A stretch of DNA of 64,000 bases. Source: an uncultured virus (IMG/VR IMGVR_UViG_3300028888_000132) (lineage: Duplodnaviria; Heunggongvirae; Uroviricota; Caudoviricetes). A program made the position numbers and the translations under genes. Positions 1-9,624 of this stretch are shown one piece after another. Position 1 is the stretch's first letter; each line of letters starts with the position of its first letter. Under the pieces are notes generated by a model that was not told the origin of the DNA, made no database searches, and saw only the letters and a program-made list of their open reading frames with translations. Location: IMG/VR virus record IMGVR_UViG_3300028888_000132. The stretch is one strand, 5' to 3'.

Positions 1-849
1 ATTTACAAATCCCCCCCCCCCTTTACGGATTTCTTTAATAGCCTCTATCCACTTTCGTTTCACATGAGGGAAATCATGCATTTCTTTTATTTTCTGCTTA
101 TACTGCGACATAGGACATAATATGCATCCTATTCGTTTATATCCTTGGTCGTACAATTCGCAATGAGGCACTTTAACTACTTCATTCAAGAAATACCAAA
201 CATCTTTTTCAGTCCACTCGAAGATAGGGGAAATCAATATAGAATCCTTGCCGTTGATGCAGCGTACCTCGTTTTCCTTGTCGGCAGAAAAATAGTCCTC
301 GTTTACTTTCTTCCCTTCACGTTTCATCTTACGGAGCAGCTTTTCCTCTTTCTTCTTTATCTGCTCTTCCTGCCATACGGCAAACTCGTCAAGGTTGCCA
401 CTGAACTGCCTATTGCTCACTTCTACTTCATGTCTTTTGGAACGTCTTACACTTTCCTCTTTCCGTATGCCAATAAGCGTGACCTTTCCTGCCCCAGCTT
501 GCTCCTTGAAATCGGCGCAGCACCATCGTATTCGCATACTCGGCAAAATACCCCTTTGAACAGCTCTTGTATATATGCTCCATTTCGGTGCGTGTCTTAT
601 CACATCAGGATAATGCGTTTTTACAAACCTTACTACTTGTGGAGGGTCAACACTCGTGAAATTCATGTGCGTCTGATGCTTGACTCCTGCCATCTCTACC
701 ACATGATACATGGCTTGTGAGTCCTTTCCACCAGAGAAAGTATTGAAAAAACCATTTTCAGGGTCATATCTCAATGCCAGTTTCTCTGCTTTCCGTAGCA
801 GTTCTATGGAGTGTTTCAGCTTATCGTCAAAGCCTACTGGTTTATTCAT
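1..849 (-). CDS. PAPS (phosphoadenosine phosphosulfate) reductase family protein, 3' end outside the window
   Basis: Not in the ORF track because it has no stop in the window. Manual translation from ATG 849: MNKPVGFDDKLKHSIELLRKAE..FSGGKDSQ..RWCCADFKE..IGIRKEESVRR..SPIFEWTEKDVW..LYDQGYKRIGCILCP; ATGA overlap with the upstream gene. Confidence 0.88.
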   Translation of the reverse strand, partial: MNKPVGFDDKLKHSIELLRKAEKLALRYDPENGFFNTFSGGKDSQAMYHVVEMAGVKHQTHMNFTSVDPPQVVRFVKTHYPDVIRHAPKWSIYTRAVQRGILPSMRIRWCCADFKEQAGAGKVTLIGIRKEESVRRSKRHEVEVSNRQFSGNLDEFAVWQEEQIKKKEEKLLRKMKREGKKVNEDYFSADKENEVRCINGKDSILISPIFEWTEKDVWYFLNEVVKVPHCELYDQGYKRIGCILCPMSQYKQKIKEMHDFPHVKRKWIEAIKEIRKGGGGFVN

Positions 850-1412
850 ACTGCTTTCCTTTCGTTATGTTCATATACTTTCCTTAAAAGAGATTTCACC
901 TTGTTTACTATCATCTTGCGAAGATTATCTACCTCGTATGAGAATGTACTTTGGTAATATTCATCGGTATTCTTCCACATGAATCTTATCTGTTCATAGC
1001 AAGATTTGGCAAGTTTCTCCATGTCGTCAAACATTTCTATCCTGTATTCTGGCTGATACTTCTTCACAATCTCATTGATTTCAATGCAACACATTTCAAG
1101 AATATCGGCGAGCATGATAATCATATTCGCATTGACAGACATTCTGTCTTGGTCATCTTCCGACATTTCGCTTTTGAATGTCTCCAGTCTTTTGACCACT
1201 ACAGAATTTTTCTTCAGGTATTCTGTTTCAACCAATTTCTGTATCTCAGATATTTTCCCCCTTGCCTGCGCCATTCCAACATAGTCTCCTTTCTTGAGAC
1301 ATTGCTCTATCTGTTTGCGTAAATTGATTACTGTTGGATGCTTCTCTATCGTTGCATTGAGCTTTTCCCTCAATGCTTGAGGTAGTTGTTCAATCGTCAG
1401 TTGTTCTTCCAT
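846..1412 (-). CDS. Hypothetical phage protein (helical)
   Basis: 188-aa ORF in a co-oriented operon, coupled to the downstream gene. Confidence 0.75.
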   Translation of the reverse strand: MEEQLTIEQLPQALREKLNATIEKHPTVINLRKQIEQCLKKGDYVGMAQARGKISEIQKLVETEYLKKNSVVVKRLETFKSEMSEDDQDRMSVNANMIIMLADILEMCCIEINEIVKKYQPEYRIEMFDDMEKLAKSCYEQIRFMWKNTDEYYQSTFSYEVDNLRKMIVNKVKSLLRKVYEHNERKAV

Positions 1413-1564
1413 CTTCTTCCTCCTTATCTGCTTGGTATCTTTGTTCTAACATTCTTAGTTCCCTTCGCCATTTCTCTGCCACTCTTGGGCAGTGAATACG
1501 CTCGTTGTAGGTAATGAGGTATTCAAGTTCTTTCTTCTTCTCGTAGTAATCTTTGATGTTCATG

Positions 1565-1864
1565 TTACTCTCCTTTCATGTGTTTAATCGCAAAATCTAT
1601 TGCTTTGGATATGTCCTCACTATTAGGCATCCTGTAAATCTCACAAGGACAATTAGTCTCATACACCTGCCTATGATGCCTCATATATTGTATCAACACC
1701 GCCGTATGATGCCTCCTAATTGTTTCCTCATCTTCAAAGTCGTTGCAATCAGTCCCGAATCCGCAGTAGGTCTTGGTGTCGCCTACTTCGCACCATCCGC
1801 TTCCGTCAGTTGTCTCGTACTTGAAGTGAGTGCAACCGCCACAGCATTTGTCACTTCGTTTCAT
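1565..1864 (-). CDS. Hypothetical Cys-rich protein
   Basis: CCGGCTHF..WC..C..C pattern; operon context. Confidence 0.65.
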   Translation of the reverse strand: MKRSDKCCGGCTHFKYETTDGSGWCEVGDTKTYCGFGTDCNDFEDEETIRRHHTAVLIQYMRHHRQVYETNCPCEIYRMPNSEDISKAIDFAIKHMKGE

Positions 1865-2016
1865 ATCGTCACCTTTAATTCAGTCCTCACAATCTTGTCC
1901 GAAACATAGACCTTATCTACTTTCAGTATTTCCACCTCCTTCTCGAACTCGTCTATGAGTTGCTGAATATCCAACTCCAGCTTCTTCTTTCTCGTCTTAA
2001 TTTCCTTAGTTTCCAT
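1861..2016 (-). CDS. Small hypothetical protein
   Basis: METKEIKTRKKKLELDIQQLIDEFEKE.. (51 aa), ATGA overlap with the next gene. Confidence 0.55.
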   Translation of the reverse strand: METKEIKTRKKKLELDIQQLIDEFEKEVEILKVDKVYVSDKIVRTELKVTI

Positions 2017-2233
2017 GTTGGTTTTCAATTAGTTATACTTGTTTGTCAAAATAAGCAGTTTTGAACCGTCTTATTTTTACCTTTTTCCTCCTTTTGCTTT
2101 AACAATAATCCTATCCTTCAATAAGTCGCAACCCTCACAGTCGGCTTGGATGAGTATTCTTCCCTCGCTTGCCGCCCAACACTCCTTAGTATATGGATAT
2201 TTCCCTCTGCACCACGGCAGATGTCTCACGCCC

Positions 2234-2452
2234 TCAATCTTTGTCATACTCTTCTATCAGCTTTAATATGGCAGTCAGTCGTTCCTTGTTATTGGGTAGG
2301 TCTGTTATACACTGATTAACCTCACTCAGAGCCGCTATAAAGCCCTCTCTATATCCGTTGGTATAAATACTAATCCCAGTAGCTTTCCGTGCCTCAGAAG
2401 CGAAATATGCCGCACTTGCTTTTGTTTCAATCTTTGTCGCCATAGTCTCCAT
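2234..2452 (-). CDS. Hypothetical protein
   Basis: METMATKIETKA..GYREGF; operon context. Confidence 0.55.
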   Translation of the reverse strand: METMATKIETKASAAYFASEARKATGISIYTNGYREGFIAALSEVNQCITDLPNNKERLTAILKLIEEYDKD

Positions 2453-2565
2453 ATTTATCGTCAATTCGTTTTTCCATGTAGGCAATGGAACAAGCCATGC
2501 CCACTATCATTACAAGGCAGACAACTACTGCCATTACTAACTCTGCGTCTTCCATGTCATTCATA

Positions 2566-2847
2566 TTATTCCTCCTTAATTTCAAATTCATTTATTCGCC
2601 ATTGGTATGCTGTACGTTCACTTGGATAGTCAAAACCTTCAAGAGCTATATAGTCAGCGCCATACTGATAAGAGCTTTCGAACTCCTGCAAATCAAGTAT
2701 TCGATTCTCCCCTCTAAGATATTCAATTTCTTCTTTGACATATCTCATGGCATCTTCCATGTTCGTTGAAACCCTTGTTTCCTTGACAGAACCAGTTGCC
2801 CCTCTGCTGTCGTAGGTGACACAACATACAGTTACATAGATTTTCAT
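2566..2847 (-). CDS. Hypothetical protein
   Basis: 93-aa ORF in operon. Confidence 0.65.
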   Translation of the reverse strand: MKIYVTVCCVTYDSRGATGSVKETRVSTNMEDAMRYVKEEIEYLRGENRILDLQEFESSYQYGADYIALEGFDYPSERTAYQWRINEFEIKEE

Positions 2848-2863
2848 AACTTATTCCTCATTA

Positions 2864-3127
2864 TCAGTTACACCGTACATCACTTGTAGATTTCTGTGCC
2901 TTTAATAGTTCAAGTTCCATTTGGAGTGCTGCGATATAAGTTTTCTGTTCAGCTATTGTTGCTTCATATTTCTTCTTCTCAGTTACGAAGTTCTCTGTGG
3001 CATTGTTCATTGTTTTTCTTAATTCTTCAATTTTTTTGCCAAAATGATATTCCCTTAAATTAACATAAGCGTATATGCAACTCTGTACTATTAGTACGAC
3101 AATCAAAATAATAACTAATGTTTTCAT
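2864..3127 (-). CDS. Membrane-anchored coiled-coil protein
   Basis: Start at MKTLVIILIVVLIVQSCIYAYV (TM segment) followed by heptad repeats; GGAGG upstream. Confidence 0.6.
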   Translation of the reverse strand: MKTLVIILIVVLIVQSCIYAYVNLREYHFGKKIEELRKTMNNATENFVTEKKKYEATIAEQKTYIAALQMELELLKAQKSTSDVRCN

Positions 3128-3129
3128 AT

Positions 3130-3357
3130 TTATTCCTCCTTCTTTAAATATTGTAAAACTTTCATACATCGCCCCTTTCCCCAATGGAGAACAACGCAGT
3201 AGCATTTCTTTCCGTTCAGTTCCATTTCTCGGTGTTTGCATTTTAAGCACACATTTTTGTACCAATCCGTCTGCACTACTTCTTGCATACGCCTTTCATG
3301 TTCCTTCTTTGCTACTCTTTCCAAGAAATCTCTGTGCTTTTCATAGATGTTATCCAT
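3130..3357 (-). CDS. Hypothetical Cys-containing protein
   Basis: CLKCKHR..CYC..C; operon context. Confidence 0.55.
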   Translation of the reverse strand: MDNIYEKHRDFLERVAKKEHERRMQEVVQTDWYKNVCLKCKHREMELNGKKCYCVVLHWGKGRCMKVLQYLKKEE

Positions 3358-3359
3358 GA

Positions 3360-4160
3360 CTATTCTCCTATTCCGTCTTTGAGTGATTTGAGCCATTTAT
3401 CTATTTTGTCTAATTTCTCTGGTACTATATTTAACAAAGAAGCAGCCTTGATTACCTGTTCAATACTTAGCACTACCAATTCATCTTCTTCACTCCATTC
3501 TTTAACCTGAGGCTGAACTCTATTCTTTAATGATTTTAGCCAATCTGCTATCTCTTTAGATGTGTGAACAAGATTATATACTTTTACTTGTGATTGGAAA
3601 CCTTCAATTAAATCATTAGCCATCTTCTCATCCTCATCACTCCAAGCAGCAGATTTCTGTTCAAAGGGAGCATCTTGTATTGAGTTGAACTTCTTAATGG
3701 CAATTTTTAGGAGTACATCTGCACTATCTTTAATGTATTGTTTCCAACCAAGCTCTTCACCTATCCAACCAATACAAATATCAGCAAGGGTTCTTTCAAA
3801 ATCAGTAAGTCCTTCATACTTGTCAAAGGGTTCAACCTTATCAACAGGTTTCTGCTCACCTTGTTTTTCAAGTTCATGTTTAGCATCACATATTCCTTTT
3901 AGATAAGCATCATCAACATCTTTCTTGGTATAAGATTCTCCTTGCTTCTCAAGCCAAGCAAGAATAGCGGTTACAGCTATGCCCCAACAATGGCTTTTAT
4001 TTTCATGCCAATCTTCAAAGAAGTCAATAAGACATTTCCTTATCCTCTCATCATTACTGTCAGCGAGTTCTGGAATAAGGGTTTCAAGTGCAATCCTATT
4101 AGAAAATAGGGAGTTGTCATGCAACTCTTTCAATATCTTCATTGCAGTTTCTTTTGTCAT
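3360..4160 (-). CDS. Hypothetical protein with internal WS(D/E)EDE...WLKSLK repeats
   Basis: 266-aa ORF with two copies of the motif. Confidence 0.75.
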   Translation of the reverse strand: MTKETAMKILKELHDNSLFSNRIALETLIPELADSNDERIRKCLIDFFEDWHENKSHCWGIAVTAILAWLEKQGESYTKKDVDDAYLKGICDAKHELEKQGEQKPVDKVEPFDKYEGLTDFERTLADICIGWIGEELGWKQYIKDSADVLLKIAIKKFNSIQDAPFEQKSAAWSDEDEKMANDLIEGFQSQVKVYNLVHTSKEIADWLKSLKNRVQPQVKEWSEEDELVVLSIEQVIKAASLLNIVPEKLDKIDKWLKSLKDGIGE

Positions 4161-4257
4161 AACTATTTATTTTTAAGCGTATCATTTATACAAATTAGAG
4201 CAGTAGCTATAGCAGCAAGCTCTATCATTATAGCTGTATCAAATAAATCTTCCATAA

Positions 4258-4707
4258 CTATTCCTCCTTCAATTCATAAATAGTAAAATATCTATACTGT
4301 TTCATTGCCTCATGCAACTTAGAGGCATCAGTTGTAAGATATTGGGCAGCATAATACATATTATCTGCCAGCTTCTTTAGCTTGATTAGCTTCTCTCTCA
4401 TAGATTCTCTTCCATACTCAATAGCATCAATGAATGTTGGTGTTCTATTGCATTTCTTTAAATGCTGAACAACAAAGTCACTTTCTACCTGTGCCTGCTC
4501 TGCGGTTAGTTCATCACAATGTTTGAGCCGTTCTTTTTCAAACTGCTCATATTGCCATTTAGCACCTTCCCTAAATGCTTCCTCTAAATCTTTATCGTTA
4601 AACACACATTCAGGGAATACAAGACAACCAGACTTTCTTGCATCGTTCCAAAACTTTAACCGTTTTTTGTCAACATATACGCTTGTAGCTTTCTCTAATT
4701 CTGTCAT
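4258..4707 (-). CDS. Hypothetical protein (AFREGAKWQ motif)
   Basis: 149-aa ORF in operon. Confidence 0.7.
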   Translation of the reverse strand: MTELEKATSVYVDKKRLKFWNDARKSGCLVFPECVFNDKDLEEAFREGAKWQYEQFEKERLKHCDELTAEQAQVESDFVVQHLKKCNRTPTFIDAIEYGRESMREKLIKLKKLADNMYYAAQYLTTDASKLHEAMKQYRYFTIYELKEE

Positions 4708-4719
4708 TGTCTGTCCTCC

Positions 4720-4959
4720 TTATATTTTCAAATATTCAGCCCTGCGCTTTTCCTCAACTTGTCTAAGACAATAATCGTGTCGCATCCTAAACACTTCCTT
4801 CTTGGCTTCGTCAAGTGAGAAAAATGCCTTGTCATTGTCAGTGTTCAAGCCCTTATAGCCGACAATAAACACATCGCCTTGTGTTGTCTTGAAACTGTCC
4901 TTAATGCCAAAATCCTTGTAGGCTTGCTTTCGTAATTCTTTCAATAGTTTCGTTTTCAT
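4720..4959 (-). CDS. Hypothetical protein
   Basis: 79-aa ORF in operon. Confidence 0.65.
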   Translation of the reverse strand: MKTKLLKELRKQAYKDFGIKDSFKTTQGDVFIVGYKGLNTDNDKAFFSLDEAKKEVFRMRHDYCLRQVEEKRRAEYLKI

Positions 4960-4964
4960 ATCTG

Positions 4965-5180
4965 TTATTTTTTAGTCCAATAATCCTTATAAGTAGTTTC
5001 ACGCTCTTCCTTTGGTGGCTCTATTATCTCATAAGAGCGACCACATTTCTGACACGTGTAATAACTCGCAATAGCTGAATCGTCTTCCGTATAGTTGCAA
5101 CTCACTTCGTATGCGTTGAAATCAGAACCCCATATCAAATCCCCATCGCAAAATATACATTTAAAGTTTCCGCCTTCCAT
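4965..5180 (-). CDS. Zinc-ribbon protein
   Basis: CIFC...CQKC. Confidence 0.65.
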   Translation of the reverse strand: MEGGNFKCIFCDGDLIWGSDFNAYEVSCNYTEDDSAIASYYTCQKCGRSYEIIEPPKEERETTYKDYWTKK

Positions 5181-5181
5181 A

Positions 5182-5400
5182 TCAATCGTAGTTTAGTACA
5201 AAATTCTCATTACAAGGTAATATATTATAATCAATGAATTTCAGAGTCGGTCTTTTCTCTTCAATGGTTTTCCGTAGAGCATTGACGCTGACTACGGGCT
5301 TGTTGCCGTAGTAGTCTGAGATAAGATTAAGTTCTGGCTCTATCCTCATTGTGCCGAGGTAGATATTGTCTCGATTCATTAAGTCAACTGTTATTTTCAT
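5182..5400 (-). CDS. Hypothetical protein
   Basis: 72-aa coupled ORF. Confidence 0.6.
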   Translation of the reverse strand: MKITVDLMNRDNIYLGTMRIEPELNLISDYYGNKPVVSVNALRKTIEEKRPTLKFIDYNILPCNENFVLNYD

Positions 5401-5585
5401 TTCCTTCTAATTTGTATAAACCCCCTTTTTTCTGTCTCTTTCAGAAGCTCTAAGTCTTCTTCCTTAATTTCACATTCAAGTTCGCCATTCACCGTCATTC
5501 CACTCATCGGCATACCAAATCTCTTTCTTATCTTGTCATTCATTTCTTTATCTGAATGGCAGAAGTAGATTGTCTTCTTTCCCAT
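5397..5585 (-). CDS. Hypothetical protein
   Basis: 62-aa coupled ORF. Confidence 0.6.
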   Translation of the reverse strand: MGKKTIYFCHSDKEMNDKIRKRFGMPMSGMTVNGELECEIKEEDLELLKETEKRGFIQIRRK

Positions 5586-6382
5586 TATATATCAAACAGC
5601 GTTTTTGTCTGCTCCATACGCTTTCTGATGATTTCGCAATAATCAGCGGAAATCTCAAAACCTATGTAATGGCGATTCAATGCTCTTGCTACCTTTGCGG
5701 TAGTACCGCTCCCCATAAATGGGTCGAGTATGACTTCACCCTCATTCGACCAAGATTTGATATGGTCTGCTGCGAGAGCTTCTGGAAATATGGCTGGATG
5801 CTCCCACGCAATATCGTCTTTTGTAGAATAGTTTCTTCCGTTGGAATATCTCCAAATATTTCCTCTAACTCCATATTCGTTTATCTTTGCGACACCTTTA
5901 GGTGTAAGGCTTCCGTCTGCTTCTCTTTTCGTCCTACACCCAAAAGTGTTAGTTCCTCCCCATCTATTCTTTTTGTCTGCAATAATGTTTGTTGTTTTTA
6001 TCTTACCTTTACTAAATACAAACATATACTCGAACACATTGAAATATCTGTTTTGGTGCGGGGCATCTGAACCAGCCTTTTCGTATATCATCGTATCAAA
6101 TAAATTAAAACCTATGTCCTTAAAGAATAGTGCTTGCTTAAATGATGTGCCTGTCTCATTTCCCTCTATGGTTGCATCATTGACCACCCACACAACCACA
6201 CCCCCGTGCTTCGTCACTCGGTATAGTTCTTTTGCTGTGTTTTCAAAATCGAAGCTGTAGCCTTTGTATTCACGCAGATTATCGTAAGGCGGAGAAGTCA
6301 CAGTTAAGTCTATGCTATCAGACTCCATTCGCCTCATTCCTTCTACGCAGTCCATGTTGTAAACTCTGTCTATCTCTATCAT
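5585..6382 (-). CDS. Site-specific DNA methyltransferase (N4-C/N6-A, beta class)
   Basis: TSPPY catalytic motif, HPAIFP, DPFMGSGTT SAM-binding motif. Confidence 0.93.
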   Translation of the reverse strand: MIEIDRVYNMDCVEGMRRMESDSIDLTVTSPPYDNLREYKGYSFDFENTAKELYRVTKHGGVVVWVVNDATIEGNETGTSFKQALFFKDIGFNLFDTMIYEKAGSDAPHQNRYFNVFEYMFVFSKGKIKTTNIIADKKNRWGGTNTFGCRTKREADGSLTPKGVAKINEYGVRGNIWRYSNGRNYSTKDDIAWEHPAIFPEALAADHIKSWSNEGEVILDPFMGSGTTAKVARALNRHYIGFEISADYCEIIRKRMEQTKTLFDI

Positions 6383-6383
6383 T

Positions 6384-7133
6384 TCAGAACAAACTTAGTT
6401 GTGACTGCTCTTGCTTTATTCTCTTGTTAGCCATTTCAACATAATTCGAGGATATTTCGCTGCCTATATAATTGCGCTTTAATCTTGAAGCCATCAGAGC
6501 GGTTGTGCCGCTCCCCATGAAAGGGTCATAGACTATATCCCCTTCTTTTGTGCAAGTAACGATGCAATTCCCTACAAGAATTTCGGGGAATGGTGCGGGG
6601 TGTGGATTCTTGGCGGGGTTCATTCTCCATATATTTGTCTTGAACGCTGATTTCTGCTTGTCGAAGAATGTTTTCTTTTGGTCTTTTACTATCCAATAAA
6701 TCCATTCATGTACTGGCATGAAATATCTCGGGTCTATCATAGGAGAAGAGCCTCTATCCCAAATTATCTGCTGCTTGATATTGTAATCATATACCCATTT
6801 TGGCACGACTATCGCTCCGTTGTAAATAATGTCCTTATGATTATAGAACATACTACCGCTTGGTTTCAAAACACGAATGCAATTAGATATTACCTCCCTC
6901 TGCCATTTCTCATATTCTAATGGTGGCATATCGTCATTGAAAACATCATAGGCGATTTTTCTTCCGTTCAGATTTGACCAAACGTCGCTCTGCTTGGCAT
7001 TTTTCTGAGCATAATGACCTTTGTTGTATGGCGGGCTCGTTACTATAAGGTCTATGCTATTGTCCTCCAATTTCTTCAATGTCTCGAGGCAATCTTCTTC
7101 GTATATTTTGTTAAGTTCAATCCCTTTTGTCAT
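6384..7133 (-). CDS. Site-specific DNA methyltransferase (N4-C/N6-A, beta class), second copy
   Basis: TSPPY, HPAPFP, DPFMGSGTT; start taken at MTKGIEL (ATGA overlap). Confidence 0.93.
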   Translation of the reverse strand: MTKGIELNKIYEEDCLETLKKLEDNSIDLIVTSPPYNKGHYAQKNAKQSDVWSNLNGRKIAYDVFNDDMPPLEYEKWQREVISNCIRVLKPSGSMFYNHKDIIYNGAIVVPKWVYDYNIKQQIIWDRGSSPMIDPRYFMPVHEWIYWIVKDQKKTFFDKQKSAFKTNIWRMNPAKNPHPAPFPEILVGNCIVTCTKEGDIVYDPFMGSGTTALMASRLKRNYIGSEISSNYVEMANKRIKQEQSQLSLF

Positions 7134-7426
7134 AACATTCCCTCCTTTATGTGTTTCTTGCAAGTCTCGTACATAATTCTGAATCTCGGCTCATAGTCAT
7201 ATCTTGGTCGGAAAGAACCTATGTAATAGTGAACGCTTGCTCTGTTCTTATTGAGAAGTTCAGCTATATCATGCTCACCCAAACAAGTAAGTTCCTTTAT
7301 GAGCCTAACTGCAATAATTCTTGCAGCAACTACGTTCTGTTTCCTTGTATGCGATAGAAACGTGTCGATTTCTATTCCCATAACCTCTGAAACAGATTCT
7401 ATGATTTTACCTCCAACTCCTTTCAT
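7130..7426 (-). CDS. DnaA C-terminal-like HTH protein
   Basis: IIESVSEVMGI..TRKQNVVAARIIA..IAELLNKNRASVHY resembles Bac_DnaA_C. Confidence 0.7.
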   Translation of the reverse strand: MKGVGGKIIESVSEVMGIEIDTFLSHTRKQNVVAARIIAVRLIKELTCLGEHDIAELLNKNRASVHYYIGSFRPRYDYEPRFRIMYETCKKHIKEGML

Positions 7427-8013
7427 CTTCTCAAACTCTCGCCTTGAAATAAAACAGTCTTTGTTATCGCCCTCAATCGGTCTATTGTTCTAAGTCCGTA
7501 TTTCTCTGCCATTTGTTCAATAGACAGATTTGTCGTAAGTATCAGCAGCTTCCCCGATTTCTCTGCCTCATCAACCAATTCAACGAAGCACTGCCTTCTC
7601 TCACCGAATTTCACAGATTCGTTCTCTACGCCAATATCATCTAAGTAAATCAGCTTTTTCGTCATAATATCGTTTATGTCTCTATTGATTCTTTTCGCAT
7701 CATAGCAACTGACTACTTTTTTATATAGATGATTCACTACCAATGGGATTATCTTACCGCAGAGAAGTGTTTTGCCACGTCCGCAGTCTCCATAACAAAG
7801 AAGCCCTCTGCCTTCGTTGTTGTCTAACCAATCAGCCACTTCGTAGTACTCAGGTTGCCATACGCCACCATCGCCGCAGAAATATTTGATGCCCCTCATT
7901 AAGAAATCCTTCCCATTCTTATTTTGGTTGTTCCATGTTACTAAGTCGGGGTTCGGCAGATAGCCGAATTCCCTCATGCTCTCAATCGCTTTCACAAAAT
8001 CCATTTCTACCAT
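7423..8013 (-). CDS. DnaC/IstB-like AAA+ ATPase (helicase loader)
   Basis: Walker A GDCGRGKT, Walker B IYLDD, TTNL, YGLRTIDRL. Confidence 0.85.
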   Translation of the reverse strand: MVEMDFVKAIESMREFGYLPNPDLVTWNNQNKNGKDFLMRGIKYFCGDGGVWQPEYYEVADWLDNNEGRGLLCYGDCGRGKTLLCGKIIPLVVNHLYKKVVSCYDAKRINRDINDIMTKKLIYLDDIGVENESVKFGERRQCFVELVDEAEKSGKLLILTTNLSIEQMAEKYGLRTIDRLRAITKTVLFQGESLRR

Positions 8014-8480
8014 CCTTTCGTATATTTTGGTTTTTCTTTTAGGATTACACCTATTTCCATTCCGTTAGCATTGCCGTTCTGCTTTCTGTTCCTTTCCCAT
8101 GTTCTGATGCAGGCTTTCCAATCCTTGATTTTCGTCTTCCCATAGCACCATCCTCTTGCTTCGTAGAAGTCGAAGAAATTCTGTGCGTCAATGCCGTTAT
8201 TCCTTTCCTTGCAATAATCCATAATTTCTTGTATAGAAGGTTTTGAACTATATGGAGAATCTGTCTTATTAGCTTCTTTAGACTTTTGGGTGCTTTCGTC
8301 AATATCTTTTTTGATGATATTGAAAATGTAATCTCCCATTGTGCTAAGATTGACTACATTGCCATGTTCAGAGTATTCAACGATAGCGTTATAGACCTCC
8401 AACTTCGTGTTGTCGGGTAGGTTGTCGATAAGTTCACGCCATACGTAGCGGAACTTGAAAAATCCTTTTCTGCTTTTCAT
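8007..8480 (-). CDS. Phage replication initiator-like protein (DUF6291-like N-terminus)
   Basis: FFDFYEARGW..KIKDWKACIRTWE C-terminal domain; directly upstream of the loader. Confidence 0.7.
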   Translation of the reverse strand: MKSRKGFFKFRYVWRELIDNLPDNTKLEVYNAIVEYSEHGNVVNLSTMGDYIFNIIKKDIDESTQKSKEANKTDSPYSSKPSIQEIMDYCKERNNGIDAQNFFDFYEARGWCYGKTKIKDWKACIRTWERNRKQNGNANGMEIGVILKEKPKYTKGW

Positions 8481-8505
8481 ATATTCATTTTTTTTGCATT
8501 AAAAA

Positions 8506-8533
8506 ACCTCTCTATCTTCACAGACTGAGAGGC
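8506..8533 (-). terminator. Intrinsic terminator-like hairpin
   Basis: Minus strand GCCTCTCAGTCT-GTGA-AGATAGAGAGGT followed by a T run. Confidence 0.6.
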
Positions 8534-8580
8534 TTGATAAAACCCTAATAAAAAACATAATGAAATGGAACAAATTTTCG

Positions 8581-9021
8581 CTATTTCCTTGTTTGCCCAT
8601 AATAAGCCAAAAGAAGTGCGTCTGCTGTTTTAAGCGTTATTTTCTGTGTAGGGAAAAGCTGTTGAGCCATTCCTTTCAATCTATTCTTATGGTTTGTCTT
8701 CGGCTCATCTTTAATAGCCTTTAATCCAAGTGCTGATTGCCATTTGTTCGGTGTCACATCAATCCAACGTATCTTATGAGCAGTAAGCATACCTCTCAAA
8801 AATCCGTAGCCCATGCCAAACTTGAAGGTGGACGCAACACCTTGTCCGCTCATAGAATGTACTTGCTCCAAATATGCACAGTCTGCATCTTCGTTTCTTA
8901 TAAAGAACTCGTTAATGTCGTGGTCTGTATAGGGCATAGGAATACATTCTACAACTTTACCTTCGTCGTTCAACACGGCAAAACCTCCATTAACGCCTGG
9001 GTCTATCCCTATGATTTTCAT
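8581..9021 (-). CDS. RuvC-like Holliday junction resolvase
   Basis: IIGIDPG, YLEQV, FKFGMGYG, ADALLLA. Confidence 0.85.
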   Translation of the reverse strand: MKIIGIDPGVNGGFAVLNDEGKVVECIPMPYTDHDINEFFIRNEDADCAYLEQVHSMSGQGVASTFKFGMGYGFLRGMLTAHKIRWIDVTPNKWQSALGLKAIKDEPKTNHKNRLKGMAQQLFPTQKITLKTADALLLAYYGQTRK

Positions 9022-9188
9022 GTTTTTCTCTCCTTTCTTTTTTGCCTTTTCATTAAGTAAATGATGTCAAGATATGCGTTAAGGTATGGAAGCCGTTCTT
9101 TATATGGAGTTCTTTCGTCATAAGCGCATTTTTTCAAAGCCTCCATCGTCGCTTTATAATTGACATTGTTCAGTTTGAGAGTAACCAT
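9018..9188 (-). CDS. Small hypothetical protein
   Basis: MVTLKLNNVNYKATMEALKK.., ATGA overlap. Confidence 0.5.
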   Translation of the reverse strand: MVTLKLNNVNYKATMEALKKCAYDERTPYKERLPYLNAYLDIIYLMKRQKRKERKT

Positions 9189-9270
9189 AAGCTATCAGAA
9201 AACCGTTTGGGGAGGGAGAACCGAATCTCCCTGCCCCTTACGGAACACATAAATCAACAAACAAAAGAGC

Positions 9271-9624
9271 CTAAAATGGCAAATTATCTATACTTCCGTT
9301 ACTGTTCACCTTCACTTCTTCGGGTGGCGTCTGATTCCCAAATTGAGGCGTGTTGTTGTTTATAACGCCTTTCTTCTCGAAGTTATTCGGATAAACGTCT
9401 GCGAGGTAGTAATTCATTCCCTCAAAAGGAGTTAATTTCCAAAGATTTACCTTGATATAGTGAGTTGCGCCCTTATCGCTTACCTCCCTACGTTGGTTAA
9501 TATCGACACTGACAAATTTGTGAGTTGTGCCGTCTTTCATTTCCTTTTCTTTTATTAATTGTGGGTGCGCACGAATGATGTCACCCAACTTAGTCACGTC
9601 AATTAATGCTTTATAACTGCTCAT
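9271..9624 (-). CDS. Putative single-stranded DNA-binding protein
   Basis: Follows RecT/YqaJ; C-terminal DNLPF tail typical of SSBs. Confidence 0.55.
   Translation of the reverse strand: MSSYKALIDVTKLGDIIRAHPQLIKEKEMKDGTTHKFVSVDINQRREVSDKGATHYIKVNLWKLTPFEGMNYYLADVYPNNFEKKGVINNNTPQFGNQTPPEEVKVNSNGSIDNLPF

Noticed and set aside
145..1322. Plus-strand ORFs 145-720, 710-982 and 951-1322, and similar antisense ORFs throughout
   Set aside because: Shadows of well-supported genes on the opposite strand; no motifs
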